A stretch of DNA of 64,000 nt, taken from NCBI GenBank assembly GCA_020056715.1, contig JAGVHG010000057.1, positions 1,256 through 65,255 on the forward strand, read 5' to 3'. Under the pieces are notes generated by a model that saw only the letters and a program-made list of their open reading frames with translations, ran no database searches and had not been told where the DNA came from. The position numbers and the translations under genes are program-made. The stretch is from Phycisphaerae bacterium (lineage in GTDB: Bacteria; Planctomycetota; Phycisphaerae; UBA1845). This document shows positions 1-9,553 of the stretch, in pieces (positions within the stretch are counted from its first letter, which is position 1; every line of letters starts with the position of its first letter).

Positions 1-2469
1 GCCGCACTGGCCGCCGCCGAGGTCTTCCTCCAAGCCGGGTTCCCGATTGCCGATAGTCCCGATCCGCTGGATCTCTCTTCGCTCGGCAATCTTCCGGATG
101 TGGAAATCACGACGCCTAGCGAGCTTTTTGCGATGGGCAATCCGCTCACTGATGATTTCACCAAAGCCGGAGAGGACATCCCGGCTGCTCAGGCACTACC
201 GGGCGGAATCGGAATGGAACCGACGGTCTACTACAGCACCGTTGCCGAACCGGACCGGAACTTCTCGGATGAGGAATCCAATGCGGATGCACCCCCCGGT
301 CCCAGGCTCCCGATGATCAACGATCATCTGCTCTTGCAAATGGCCCGCATGCAGCTCGAAAGACGCCAGATCACTCTCGCTGACGTACACGAACTGCTCA
401 CCAGCTTGGACGACGGAATCGGTGCTCGATTGACGTATTTCGTCTTCGATCCGACCGTATCCGGGCCTCCGGCCACCGTCTTTGAGACCAGCGACGGCAC
501 CGGCAAGGCCATTCATATGCAGGAAGTGTTCGCTCGAATCTCCGCCGGCGGCTTCCAACAAATGTCGCAGGAGGAACTGCAACAGCGTGACGCCGATCTG
601 CGTACATTGCTTCGCGACCTCCTCAGCGGCACGGTGGCGCCGAGCCTGGAGATCGTGGCTGGTGCGCTCATGACCGATCGCGTGGGCAGCGTTGACGAAT
701 TGGCCTCGAAAGTACGTGAGGCCATGGTACACCTTCCCGTGAGCCGCACGGGATCGAGCACCTTCTTCGTTGTGGCCGACGGTGATCCTTTCCGCTCCAC
801 TACGACCGTTTCGCCGGTAACTGTGGACGCGGTTGTTTCGGCCAATGGAGTGGTAAGCTCCGTTGCCTACAATGCGAGCGGCGAGGGAAAGTTCTACCTC
901 ATGTGCACCGAGGGCACCGAGGGTGAAGGCATCGTCGGACTCATTGGTCGTGAGGCTGGACGTCCACTGCACGGGCCTCGCGGCCCAATTCGCCTGAACA
1001 TGCACGATGAAACGATCTTCGGCCGCGTCAACGATTTGTCGTTCGTCGAGTTCGTGTCCGACACGGGCAGCTTCTTCCCCGGAGTCAACGTATCGATCGT
1101 AAGCAGCTCGTTTGTTCCCGAAGCGACTGATCCGAACGCAGCGGGTCCCGCCGAGGGCGGTCCCAGCGGTCCTAACCAACAGATGTTCGTACTCGCTAGC
1201 GCCCCGACCCCGGGTTCCGAACCGGTTCACGTGGAATACGACACGACAACCGGCATCGCAACGTACAATCTCACGGGGCGGTTTCTGCTCCAATTCATCC
1301 CCGAAACGCAGGACACCGGAATGTTCATGCTCTTCAACGAGAGCACCGGACGCCCGGCCGGTCAGGAGGATCCGACCACGTTCTTCGCGGCCCCGCCGCC
1401 TCCGCGCGACGGCGGTATGCCGTTCCCGGACGGCACTATGCCTCCGCCGGATGGCGGAATGCCGCCCCCGGATGGCACCATGCCGCCGCCGGATGGCACT
1501 GTGCCTCCGCCGGATGGCACCGTGCCTCCGCCGGATGGCACCGTGCCTCCCCCTGACGGAACAATACCGCCTCCAGATGGCACCGTGGTTCCACCTGGCG
1601 GAGATGTGCCGCCCGGGCAGGACGTCGGTGTACCCACCGATCCAACTGCGGGAACGGATCCGACGGTCGATGTCCCCCCGCCGCCCACTGACGGCGCGCC
1701 TCCGCCCGACGGCAACGCGCCTCCGCCCGACGGGAGCATGCCTCCGCTACCTGGTGGGCCGATGCCGCCCCCCAGTCTGATCACCGTGTCGATTGACAAC
1801 ATCGTGGGCCTGCCGATCAGCCGCCAGACGTTTACCCATGTGTTCGGCGTTGAGGTGCCCAACCCACGGTACAACCCCGACGGCGATCCGTACTTCGACG
1901 ACATCAATGGCAACGGCGTGCAGGATGCAGACGAACCAACTACGCCGTTCCGACCGGCGCTGTTCAAGACCGACGATTGGCGATCCACCGACATCCGTAT
2001 GTATTACCGCCGTGGGGATACCAATGCGGCCGTGACGTTCGAAGACGTGGCCTTCGACGCCCAGACCCCGCAGACGCGCGACGGCGCACCGTTGGTCCCG
2101 CGCGTTCTTCTTCCGCGACTGAACGCTTTTCGGTTCGGGCGTCCGAACTCGGCGCTCACCCTTTTGACGACGTTCCTGCCGCCGGAGTTCTTTGACGGCG
2201 CCCACGCCTTTGACGCCTCGACTCAACTCGATGTGTTCGGCGCGGTCGCAGTGATGAATCTTATGATGGATCAATCGCAGAACGTGCAAGCCATCGTGGA
2301 CATCGACGGCCCGGGACCGTTGACCAGCCAGAACACGCTCATCGACGCGCACATCTTCGTGCCGCCGGTCGGCGATCCGTTCATGATGCTCTTGAAGGGC
2401 TTCGAGGCCCGCTCGCAAGTAGTCGCTCCGACGAACACAAAAACGACCGAATCGGGCGCGGCCCGGTAG
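1..2469 (+). CDS. Large hypothetical protein, 5'-partial, with central proline-rich heptad-repeat linker
   Basis: Frame 1 has no stop from nt 1, and the tracked ORF 100..2469 starts at an internal GTG, so the gene probably begins upstream of the window. Long ORF. No family recognised. Confidence 0.6.
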   Translation, partial: AALAAAEVFLQAGFPIADSPDPLDLSSLGNLPDVEITTPSELFAMGNPLTDDFTKAGEDIPAAQALPGGIGMEPTVYYSTVAEPDRNFSDEESNADAPPGPRLPMINDHLLLQMARMQLERRQITLADVHELLTSLDDGIGARLTYFVFDPTVSGPPATVFETSDGTGKAIHMQEVFARISAGGFQQMSQEELQQRDADLRTLLRDLLSGTVAPSLEIVAGALMTDRVGSVDELASKVREAMVHLPVSRTGSSTFFVVADGDPFRSTTTVSPVTVDAVVSANGVVSSVAYNASGEGKFYLMCTEGTEGEGIVGLIGREAGRPLHGPRGPIRLNMHDETIFGRVNDLSFVEFVSDTGSFFPGVNVSIVSSSFVPEATDPNAAGPAEGGPSGPNQQMFVLASAPTPGSEPVHVEYDTTTGIATYNLTGRFLLQFIPETQDTGMFMLFNESTGRPAGQEDPTTFFAAPPPPRDGGMPFPDGTMPPPDGGMPPPDGTMPPPDGTVPPPDGTVPPPDGTVPPPDGTIPPPDGTVVPPGGDVPPGQDVGVPTDPTAGTDPTVDVPPPPTDGAPPPDGNAPPPDGSMPPLPGGPMPPPSLITVSIDNIVGLPISRQTFTHVFGVEVPNPRYNPDGDPYFDDINGNGVQDADEPTTPFRPALFKTDDWRSTDIRMYYRRGDTNAAVTFEDVAFDAQTPQTRDGAPLVPRVLLPRLNAFRFGRPNSALTLLTTFLPPEFFDGAHAFDASTQLDVFGAVAVMNLMMDQSQNVQAIVDIDGPGPLTSQNTLIDAHIFVPPVGDPFMMLLKGFEARSQVVAPTNTKTTESGAAR
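1417..1626 (+). repeat. Ten tandem 21-bp units encoding (M/V/I)PPPDGT
   Basis: Counted directly: atgccgttcccggacggcact, atgcctccgccggatggcgga, and so on. In frame inside the CDS. Further PPPDG copies at about 1696-1745. Confidence 0.9.
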
Positions 2470-2500
2470 CAGGGGGGTTGCTTCAGGGATGATTACGACC

Positions 2501-2531
2501 GGGCGGTCGTCGGGTGATCCGGCGACCGCCC
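2501..2531 (+). terminator. Stem-loop downstream of the first CDS (possible terminator)
   Basis: gggcggtcg / cgaccgccc, a 9-bp stem with 13-nt loop, 32 nt after the stop. The following T-run is weak (gcttctatctt). Confidence 0.3.
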
Positions 2532-2638
2532 GCTTCTATCTTGGAGGGGCGGCGGTTCAGCATACATACGATGCGGCGCGGTGAGTGACGCGCACCGAGT
2601 ATCGCGGCGCTGATCGGTGCGTCTTATTCCTTCCTACT

Positions 2639-3934
2639 TTAATCGGAGACGTTGCCGACTTTGACGGGTTGGCGGCAGTGCGGGCAGATGGTGGCCGACA
2701 GTCGAGACCAACGTTGGGCAACGGCGTGTTCGCGGCGGATCATTTCCTGATCGCGGCGGGCGAGGTCGTCTTCTCGCTGGTCGCAGGCATTGCGGGCTTT
2801 GGCGAGAGCGTCTGTCCCTGCTTGAAGTTCGGCGATTTTGACCGCCAGCTCCCGCTCGCGGGTTGTGATCTGTTCGTGGAAGCGGGTGATATCGTAGAGC
2901 TGCCCGCGGAGTGCCGTATCTTTGGCACCGACCTCGGCTTCGCGGGCATGCAAGCTGGTTCTTTGCTCGTCGAGCGTGGAAGCGCCGTCACGCAACAGCG
3001 CTCGCCAGAGATTCAGCCGCTCCCAGGCCTCGGAGAGGTTGCCCTGCAAGTTTTCCAGATCCGGTTCGGCAATGGCGTACGGACGATCGACCTGAGCGGC
3101 GAAGGTTGAGCCGGCGGCGGTGGGTGATTCGTGCGGCGACGTCTTAGGAGCAATTTCGTGAACTCCGCCAATGAGCGAAGGTGTCAAAACCCCGGCAAAC
3201 GGCTGCACAACGGGCATATCCACGTGAGTGCCGACACTTGGCTCTAGGCACTTGAGCGACAGGCCGAAGGTGCCGACGCTGATCCGATCATCGTTCTGCA
3301 GGGGCATTAACGAGCAGCGTTTACCGTTGACCCACAGGCCCGTACGACTGCCCAAGTCGAAGATCGCCGGCCCGGTCCCGAATCTGAATAGTAAGGCGTG
3401 CCTTGAGGACATGTCTGCATGGTCGAGGCGGACGGTCGCGTCGTCGTGCCGACCGATGAGGACGACGGCGTCCTCAATCGACCATTGTTTGTCGGTATGA
3501 ATCAAGTGCAGCGATACCGGGCCGGGGAACTTAGTCGGGTCGGCGAACTTCATGCCGAATCCGGAATCGTCCGAACCACCGTCGGGAACTTGGATCGCCA
3601 CCTGGATCGTCGTGTCGCCGAGGGTGATGACGTCGCCGTCGGCGAGTACGGCGAGGTTCACACGGGTCTTGTTGAGTTGGGTGCCGCTGCTGGTGTGGAG
3701 GTCCTTGAGGAGTACCTCGGTCCCGGTGTTCACGATGACGCAATGGGCGTTGCTCATGTCCTCGTCGTGGAGGACGATGTGCGCCGGCCGCCGCGAGCCG
3801 ATGACGGTCACGGGGCGGCGGAGGTTCCACGTTTTCTGCCCGGCCGATCCCATTCCAGTAGTGATTCGGATCAACGGGGCGTCTGTGGGAAGTTCTACGG
3901 TAAGTTCAAGGATTTGCGCCGCTTGGTCATTCAT
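2639..3934 (-). CDS. FHA-domain protein: two FHA domains, coiled coil, C-terminal CxxC zinc-ribbon-like tail
   Basis: FHA-like segments VTVIGSRRPAHIVLHDEDMSNAHCVIV...LLKDLHTSSGTQLN and VVLIGRHDDATVRLDHADMSSRHALL...DLGSRTGLWVNG. C-terminus is CPHCRQPV. Confidence 0.85.
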   Translation of the reverse strand: MNDQAAQILELTVELPTDAPLIRITTGMGSAGQKTWNLRRPVTVIGSRRPAHIVLHDEDMSNAHCVIVNTGTEVLLKDLHTSSGTQLNKTRVNLAVLADGDVITLGDTTIQVAIQVPDGGSDDSGFGMKFADPTKFPGPVSLHLIHTDKQWSIEDAVVLIGRHDDATVRLDHADMSSRHALLFRFGTGPAIFDLGSRTGLWVNGKRCSLMPLQNDDRISVGTFGLSLKCLEPSVGTHVDMPVVQPFAGVLTPSLIGGVHEIAPKTSPHESPTAAGSTFAAQVDRPYAIAEPDLENLQGNLSEAWERLNLWRALLRDGASTLDEQRTSLHAREAEVGAKDTALRGQLYDITRFHEQITTRERELAVKIAELQAGTDALAKARNACDQREDDLARRDQEMIRREHAVAQRWSRLSATICPHCRQPVKVGNVSD

Positions 3935-3953
3935 CGCTTCTTATCCCTGCCCC

Positions 3954-4060
3954 CAGTTACGAGTTACCAGTTACCAGTTACGAGTGACCAATAACAATAA
4001 ATGGGATCGACTTGTCTCGGGTTCGTACATGGTAACTGGTAACTCGTAACTCGTAACTCG
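3954..4060. repeat. Palindromic heptamer-array element (CAGTTAC/GAGTTAC arm and its complement)
   Basis: Left arm cagttacgagttaccagttaccagttacgag (3954-3989). Right arm ggtaactggtaactcgtaactcgtaactcg (4031-4060). About 40-nt loop. Intergenic between the FHA gene start and surE. Confidence 0.85.
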
Positions 4061-4192
4061 CAAAGCACTGTTATGCGGTCTGCGCAATGTAGGCGTTCCC
4101 CCGATTGAATGTACAATTGCGCCCGAACGATCGGCAACTTGTCGATCCATCGTTATACGGACGGACCGAGATATGGCCACCAGGGATTGCGA

Positions 4193-4918
4193 ATGAATAT
4201 CGTATTGACCAATGATGACGGTTATGACGCCGCGGGGCTTCATGCCGCCTTTGACGCCCTTTCCGGTTTTGGGACGGTACACGTGGTCGCGCCGAAGGGG
4301 GAGCGGTCGGCTTGCAGCCACACGATTACGCTTCGTCGACCGATAACCGTCGAACGCCGGACGCACGCTGGATATGGTATCAGCTACGCGGTCGATGGAA
4401 CGCCGGCGGATTGCGTTCGATTGGCCGTGTCCGCACTCGTCGATCGGCCGATCGGGTTGATTGTCTCCGGGATCAACCACGGCGCGAACGCCGGGGTGGA
4501 TACTTTTTACTCCGGAACGGTTGCGGGTGCGCGCGAGGGGGCAATTTTGGGACTTCCCGCGATTGCCGTATCCCAGGCCATGCGCGGAACGGAGCCTAAT
4601 TGGCCTTTGGCGACGGAGATCACGGCCTTGCTCATCAAGGAGCTATTGGCCGAGCCGCTTCCCGGCCCGGGTTTTTGGAGCATCAACTTGCCATCGCCGA
4701 TTCCGCCCGACGCACGCAAGCACGTTCAGCGCGTGCCCCTCGCGGTCCATCCCATGCCGATGACCTTCGATCGTTCGGAGAGCGAGGACGGTAAGCTCAT
4801 GGAGTTTGACTACGGTGCGTCGTATTGGCTGCGCGACGTGACCGGCCCCAGCGACTACAGCGTCATTCGCGACGGCGGCATAGCGGTCACGGCCATCCCG
4901 CTCTACGGACGGTTTTGA
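4193..4918 (+). CDS. surE: 5'/3'-nucleotidase SurE
   Basis: MNIVLTNDDGYDAAGL N-terminus typical of SurE. ATG at 4193 is in frame within tracked ORF 4109..4918. Confidence 0.9.
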   Translation: MNIVLTNDDGYDAAGLHAAFDALSGFGTVHVVAPKGERSACSHTITLRRPITVERRTHAGYGISYAVDGTPADCVRLAVSALVDRPIGLIVSGINHGANAGVDTFYSGTVAGAREGAILGLPAIAVSQAMRGTEPNWPLATEITALLIKELLAEPLPGPGFWSINLPSPIPPDARKHVQRVPLAVHPMPMTFDRSESEDGKLMEFDYGASYWLRDVTGPSDYSVIRDGGIAVTAIPLYGRF

Positions 4919-5029
4919 CGCTGTTGGGAGTTCGCAAGAAGTGCCGAGCTGCGGATTTCGCCCGCGCGCGGAGCCTCCGTGCAAGCCGAAACATGCGGCG
5001 CGTTGCGACGAACACACGGGTGGGTCCGG

Positions 5030-5647
5030 CTAACGATCTTCGAGTTGGAGGAATTCGATCAAATATTGATCGTAGGCCTGCTGGCCGGCGGGGCTGCTGA
5101 GGACCAGCCCAAGCTCATTGATGACCTTGGTGCCCATGCCGATCCACTCTTTCCAGCAGCCGGCGCAGACGTTGGCCAAGATTTTCTCACCCAGCGGGCC
5201 TTTGAAGGGTCGCTTGGCGAGCGGCCCATCCGGGCGTCCGCAACGGGAGCATTGGAAACCGGGCGCGGCAGCGCCGCCCGTATCGGCATCGGGGCCGGGC
5301 CGATCGACCGCCTTGAAAGTCGGGACGGGTGCGCCCCAGTCGCGTAGGACATTGGCCATTGCATCGCGGGGCATGCGCTCGCCTTGTTCATCGGCGACGG
5401 TGACACCCTTTGTCATCACCTCGATCGCTTTCGCTCGTTTCCCGGCGCGGTCGAAGGCGTCGCCCAGAACCTGATACCCTTTGGACATCGAGGGATTCAA
5501 GTCGAGCGCTCGGGTGAGCGACCCGACGGCGTCGTCGAATCGCCCGGCGTCGAGGTACGCTTTGCCGAGGCTGAAGTGGCCCAACTCGTTATCGGGGTCG
5601 GCCTCAGCCATCTGCTTGAACTGTTGGATGCGTTGGTCTAAATCCAT
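5030..5647 (-). CDS. TPR-repeat protein fused to a YggX-like Fe(II)-trafficking / oxidative-damage-protection domain
   Basis: N-terminal TPR-like repeats (GKAYLDAGRFDDAVGSLTRALDLNP...). The C-terminal CSRCGR...PLGEKILANVCAGCWKEWIGMGTKVINE...QYLIEFL resembles YggX. Start placed at ATG 5647 and is uncertain. Confidence 0.7.
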   Translation of the reverse strand: MDLDQRIQQFKQMAEADPDNELGHFSLGKAYLDAGRFDDAVGSLTRALDLNPSMSKGYQVLGDAFDRAGKRAKAIEVMTKGVTVADEQGERMPRDAMANVLRDWGAPVPTFKAVDRPGPDADTGGAAAPGFQCSRCGRPDGPLAKRPFKGPLGEKILANVCAGCWKEWIGMGTKVINELGLVLSSPAGQQAYDQYLIEFLQLEDR

Positions 5648-5750
5648 TCGTCGTCTTTCGAGACCTCGCGTTCGCCCCACTGCTCAAGAGCAGTGGCACC
5701 AAGTTTCCCGTTTTCTCTTCCTGGCTTCGTGCCTTCGTGCCTTCGTCTTA

Positions 5751-5834
5751 TGCGGATGAGAGGAGTCGAACCTCCAAGGGGTTACCCCCACTGGTACCTG
5801 AAACCAGCGCGTCTGCCAATTCCGCCACATCCGC
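5751..5834 (-). tRNA. tRNA-Leu (anticodon CAG), long variable arm
   Basis: Reverse complement folds as GCGGATG acceptor, anticodon stem CTGGT/ACCAG with loop TTCAGGT, variable arm TGGGGGTAACCCCTT and T-arm GGAGGTTCGACTCCTCT. 84 nt, no encoded CCA. Confidence 0.9.
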
Positions 5835-5970
5835 CGCAGCGTGCGCGTCCTCGCCGGCCTTCGGGCTTGGGCGACACGAACGGGACCAGCATAAGGCCGA
5901 CGCATCGCGTGTCAATCGGCCCGTGCGACCCGGAGATGAGCGCGAGGCCAAACGTGAGTATACTCCCAGT

Positions 5971-7017
5971 ATGAATGAGTCGCGGAAGATACGATTGACC
6001 GATTACGCAAGCTGCGCGGGCTGAGCCGGCAAGCTCCCTATGGGAGCCTTGGCGCAGGTCGTGCGCAACTTGCCTAGAGCCGCTGATCCAAACCTGCTCG
6101 TGGGGGCGGACCACTTCGACGATGCGGGCGTCTACAAGCTCGATGCGTCGACGGCTCTCGTATTGACCGTGGACTTCTTCCCGCCATTGGTGGACGACCC
6201 GTACGAGTACGGGCGCATCGCCGCCGCCAACAGCCTCTCCGACATCTACGCCATGGGCGGGCGACCGCTCGCTGTACTCAATATCGTGGGATTCCCCGAC
6301 AAGGAGTTACCCATCGAGATTCTCGGCGAAATCCTTCGCGGCGGGGCGGAGCGCGTCGCGGCCGCCGGAGCGGTGGTCGCCGGCGGGCACAGCGTGCGGG
6401 ACGCGGAAATCAAGTTCGGGCTGTCCGTTACCGGCCTGGTCCATCCCGATCGAATCCTCACCAACGGCGGGGCCAAGGTCGGCGACGTGCTCGTGCTCAC
6501 CAAACCGATCGGAAGCGGCGTGCTCACGACGGCGGCCAAGAAAGGGCTTATCGCCGAATCGGACCTCGCGGAGGCGATCGACGTGATGACCGACCTGAAC
6601 CGCGGCGCGTGCGATGCGGCTTTGGAAGTCGGCGTTCACGCCGCGACCGACATCACCGGGTTCGGCCTGATCGGCCACGCCCACGAAATGGCCGAGGCCA
6701 GCGGCGTCACCATCGAGATCGACGCCAAAAGTGTGCCTCTGATGGCCCGCACGCTTGAATTCGCCCGCGGCGGCGTAGTCACTCGTGCAGCCGCGTCGAA
6801 TCTCGAACACCTCGGCGACCGCTTTACTGCAAAAGGCGTCGATGAAACACTCACAAAGGTTCTCGCTGACGCGCAAACGTCGGGTGGATTGCTGCTCGCA
6901 GTCGCACGTGACCGCGCCGATGCGCTCGTGGCTGCCCTCAGAAAGCGCCACACCCGCGCCGCGGCGGTCATTGCGCGTGTCACTCCGAAGTCGGGGAACA
7001 CCATCGTGCTATCGTAG
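5971..7017 (+). CDS. selD: Selenide, water dikinase (selenophosphate synthetase) SelD with in-frame UGA (probable selenocysteine) at 6022-6024
   Basis: ORF 5737..6024 (MNESRKIRLTDYASCAG-TGA) and ORF 6040..7017 share one frame. The junction LTDYASCAG-U-AGKL matches the SelD N-terminal glycine-rich loop with Cys/Sec and Lys. The rest of the protein is clearly SelD-like. Confidence 0.85.
6030..6051 (+). promoter_or_regulatory. Candidate bacterial SECIS hairpin
   Basis: caagctccc-tat-gggagccttg: 9 base pairs with one bulged C, starting 5 nt after the TGA. Confidence 0.5.
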
Positions 7018-7025
7018 CAGGTGAA

Positions 7026-7087
7026 CAGAGCCGCGGGCGCAAGCCAGCGGACATGCCGTGTCACCAGGCTTGCGCCTGGTGCTCAGA
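7026..7087. repeat. REP-like intergenic element (family with hairpin caccaggc..gcctggtg)
   Basis: cagagccgcgggc...gcggaca...tgtcaccaggcttgcgcctggtgctcaga. A second copy lies at 16079-16160. Both sit between convergent genes. Confidence 0.8.
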
Positions 7088-8030
7088 TCGATTGGTCATT
7101 CCTAACCGCTAGCCGGCTCAAACGTCTTTGCGTGTTGAGCATGATGACCGCCCCGACCATGGCCGTCAGACCGCTCAGCCATTGGCCGATGGTCAGTCTC
7201 TCACTGAAAAGGAAATATGAACACGTACTGGTGATGAACGGCTGCAAAAGGATGACGCCGACGGAGAGTGCGACGCCGATGCGGGCGATGGCCGCGTAGT
7301 ATGTCACGTGGGTGATGGCGATGCCCGCGAACGCCGACGCAACCAACATCCCAAACTGTCCCCAGGTGAGCGACCAGGCGACCGCTCCGTGGTCCCGGCC
7401 TCTCACCAGCATGACGCTTACGACGCCGATCGCGGTATAGAGGCTGATCGTCGCGAAGGCGACGATGGGGTTGATGTCATGCACGTAGCGTCGGACGGCC
7501 AACGAGTATCCGCCGTAGAGTATCCCGGCGGTGATCGCCAGCCCCACTCCCAATGCCGTGGCGCCGCGCGGTAGCGTCTCGCCAAGAAAACACAATCCTA
7601 GTAATCCACCGAACACAATCACCACGCCGAAACAATACGTCGGTGAACGCAAGACCGGCCGCTCCGCGGGGAACAGCAGGTACGCACCGAGGGCGACGAA
7701 GACGATCTGCAAGCGCAGCAGAAAGGTGATCAGCCCGGGATTGATGTAGTAGGGCGCCCACGCGAAGCAGATTTGAGCCGCAATGTTGAATAGGCTCGGA
7801 ACCAGTGCCGCTCGCCATAACCCGGCAGGCAGCGTGCGACGCCACACGCCCCATACCAACACCGGCGCCCAAAAAAGTGCCGAGATTCCGTAGCGCCACC
7901 CATTGGCCGTCCAGGCGTCGATGTACGCGGTGAGGTATTTGAGGAAAAGCGGAACGCTGGACCATCCCAGCAGCGTCAGCAGGATGAGCACGACGCCGCC
8001 CGCGTCGCTCTTGGTCGACTTCACACTCAT
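7083..8030 (-). CDS. EamA/DMT-family membrane transporter
   Basis: About 10 predicted TM helices in a duplicated EamA-like pattern. 315 aa. Confidence 0.75.
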   Translation of the reverse strand: MSVKSTKSDAGGVVLILLTLLGWSSVPLFLKYLTAYIDAWTANGWRYGISALFWAPVLVWGVWRRTLPAGLWRAALVPSLFNIAAQICFAWAPYYINPGLITFLLRLQIVFVALGAYLLFPAERPVLRSPTYCFGVVIVFGGLLGLCFLGETLPRGATALGVGLAITAGILYGGYSLAVRRYVHDINPIVAFATISLYTAIGVVSVMLVRGRDHGAVAWSLTWGQFGMLVASAFAGIAITHVTYYAAIARIGVALSVGVILLQPFITSTCSYFLFSERLTIGQWLSGLTAMVGAVIMLNTQRRLSRLAVRNDQSI

Positions 8031-8264
8031 CGTCGCATGGTACGCGGATTACGGGCGACGACGAGGGCACCCCAATAAGCGTGGCGATTTAGAGTGGGTG
8101 GCCCCTCCCGGCGCGCCGGGATTGGGGTTCTGTTAGACGCTCTAATCATCGAAGGAGCACCGCTCCTACTTCTACTTAACCCGATCCCCCAAGCGTCCGA
8201 TAGACTCGCGGCGGATGCTCTGCGGGACGCGGTTGTCCCTGGGGCTCATCAAGGAACGTCCGGT

Positions 8265-9506
8265 ATGGCGCGGGTTCATTTTGTCGTCGTTTTTATCGGC
8301 CTGTCGGCCTTTGGTCCGTGGAACGCGGCGGCGTCCGCCGCAGGCGGACCGGACGAAGCCGCGCTGCTCCGTGAGGAACTGGCGGCCCAGCGGACACTCA
8401 ACCAACAACTCCTGCAGCGCCTCGAAGCTCTGGAAGCCGGACAGGGCGCGCTTCTCGAAAAGGTCCGTCTTCTCGAGGACCGGGCGCCTTCGGAGCAAGG
8501 CGAGGCCGGTGAAAGCAGAGAGGCGCTGGAAGAGGTTCGTCACGGGTACTTCGAAATGCAGGAGGCCTTGGACCGCGCGCCGAACCTGGCGGGGTACTAC
8601 GACTTCGAATACATCAACGACGACCGCAAGAACAGCCCCGGTGAGTTCCGCCAACACCGCCTCACGCTTCTGCTCACCAAGGAGCTTCCGAAATATCGTT
8701 TCTTTGGGGAAGTCGAGTTCGAATACGGAGCTAAATTCGAGGGCGAGGGCGGGACGGAGTTGGAGGAATCTACCGGCGAGGTCAAGCTCGAGGAAGTCTG
8801 GGGGGAATATATCCATTCCGACAGCCTGACGCTTCGCGCAGGAAAGATTTTCGTTCCGAGCTACGTTTCTATCCACCATTGGCCCAACCTTTGGCTCTCC
8901 ACCCGGTATCCGTTGATGCGCAACAAGGTATTCCCGGATACCTTCGTGGGCGTGATGGCGTACGGCTCGAAGTATTGGGAGAAGTTGGGAGTCACCTACA
9001 AAGGCTACGTCGCTAACGGCGTCTCCGAGTTCGAGGCTAAGGAGGACACCAACGAGAACAAAGCCGTGGGCGGGCAACTCACGTTTCATCTTCCCTCTCA
9101 TGGCTTGCTGGACACCTTTGATGTGGCGGTGAGCGGCTACATGGAAAGTCCGCCCGATGCCGAGCGGACTCAAACCTGGGGGTTGGAAAGTCAGATTCGC
9201 AAAGGTAAGTGGGAAGTGCTCACTGAGCTTGCACTCCGAGGGGGGGAGGAGAGCCGTACCGGTTTCTATTTGCAGCCCTCTTACCGCTTCAACGAGCGGT
9301 GGGCGACGTTTTACCGCTACGACTTCTTGGATGTTGACCCTGACTTCTGGGATGTTAACCCTGTAGGGAAAAAGCAGGAACACACGATCGGTGTGAACTA
9401 TCGTCCGATCACGGATGTTTCGCTAAAGCTTGAGTACTTCTATTCGAGTCAGTCGGAGGATGGCGATTTCAGCGGCGTAGCCGCATCCGTGGCGATTCGA
9501 TTTTAA
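8265..9506 (+). CDS. Putative outer-membrane beta-barrel porin with N-terminal coiled coil
   Basis: Signal peptide MARVHFVVVFIGLSAFGPWNAAASAA at ATG 8265. Alternating beta-strand pattern and C-terminal ...VAIRF (terminal Phe). Possibly related to phosphate-selective porins, unverified. Confidence 0.55.
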   Translation: MARVHFVVVFIGLSAFGPWNAAASAAGGPDEAALLREELAAQRTLNQQLLQRLEALEAGQGALLEKVRLLEDRAPSEQGEAGESREALEEVRHGYFEMQEALDRAPNLAGYYDFEYINDDRKNSPGEFRQHRLTLLLTKELPKYRFFGEVEFEYGAKFEGEGGTELEESTGEVKLEEVWGEYIHSDSLTLRAGKIFVPSYVSIHHWPNLWLSTRYPLMRNKVFPDTFVGVMAYGSKYWEKLGVTYKGYVANGVSEFEAKEDTNENKAVGGQLTFHLPSHGLLDTFDVAVSGYMESPPDAERTQTWGLESQIRKGKWEVLTELALRGGEESRTGFYLQPSYRFNERWATFYRYDFLDVDPDFWDVNPVGKKQEHTIGVNYRPITDVSLKLEYFYSSQSEDGDFSGVAASVAIRF

Positions 9507-9553
9507 GTTGAAACGCAGAATGATCCACCCAAACATGTTCCGAGAACAAGCAC

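Noticed and set aside
6040-7017. SelD starting at the Met at 6040, as given by the ORF track.
   Set aside because: That start would remove the conserved N-terminal glycine-rich loop containing the catalytic Cys/Sec and Lys. The upstream in-frame extension through the TGA matches that loop.
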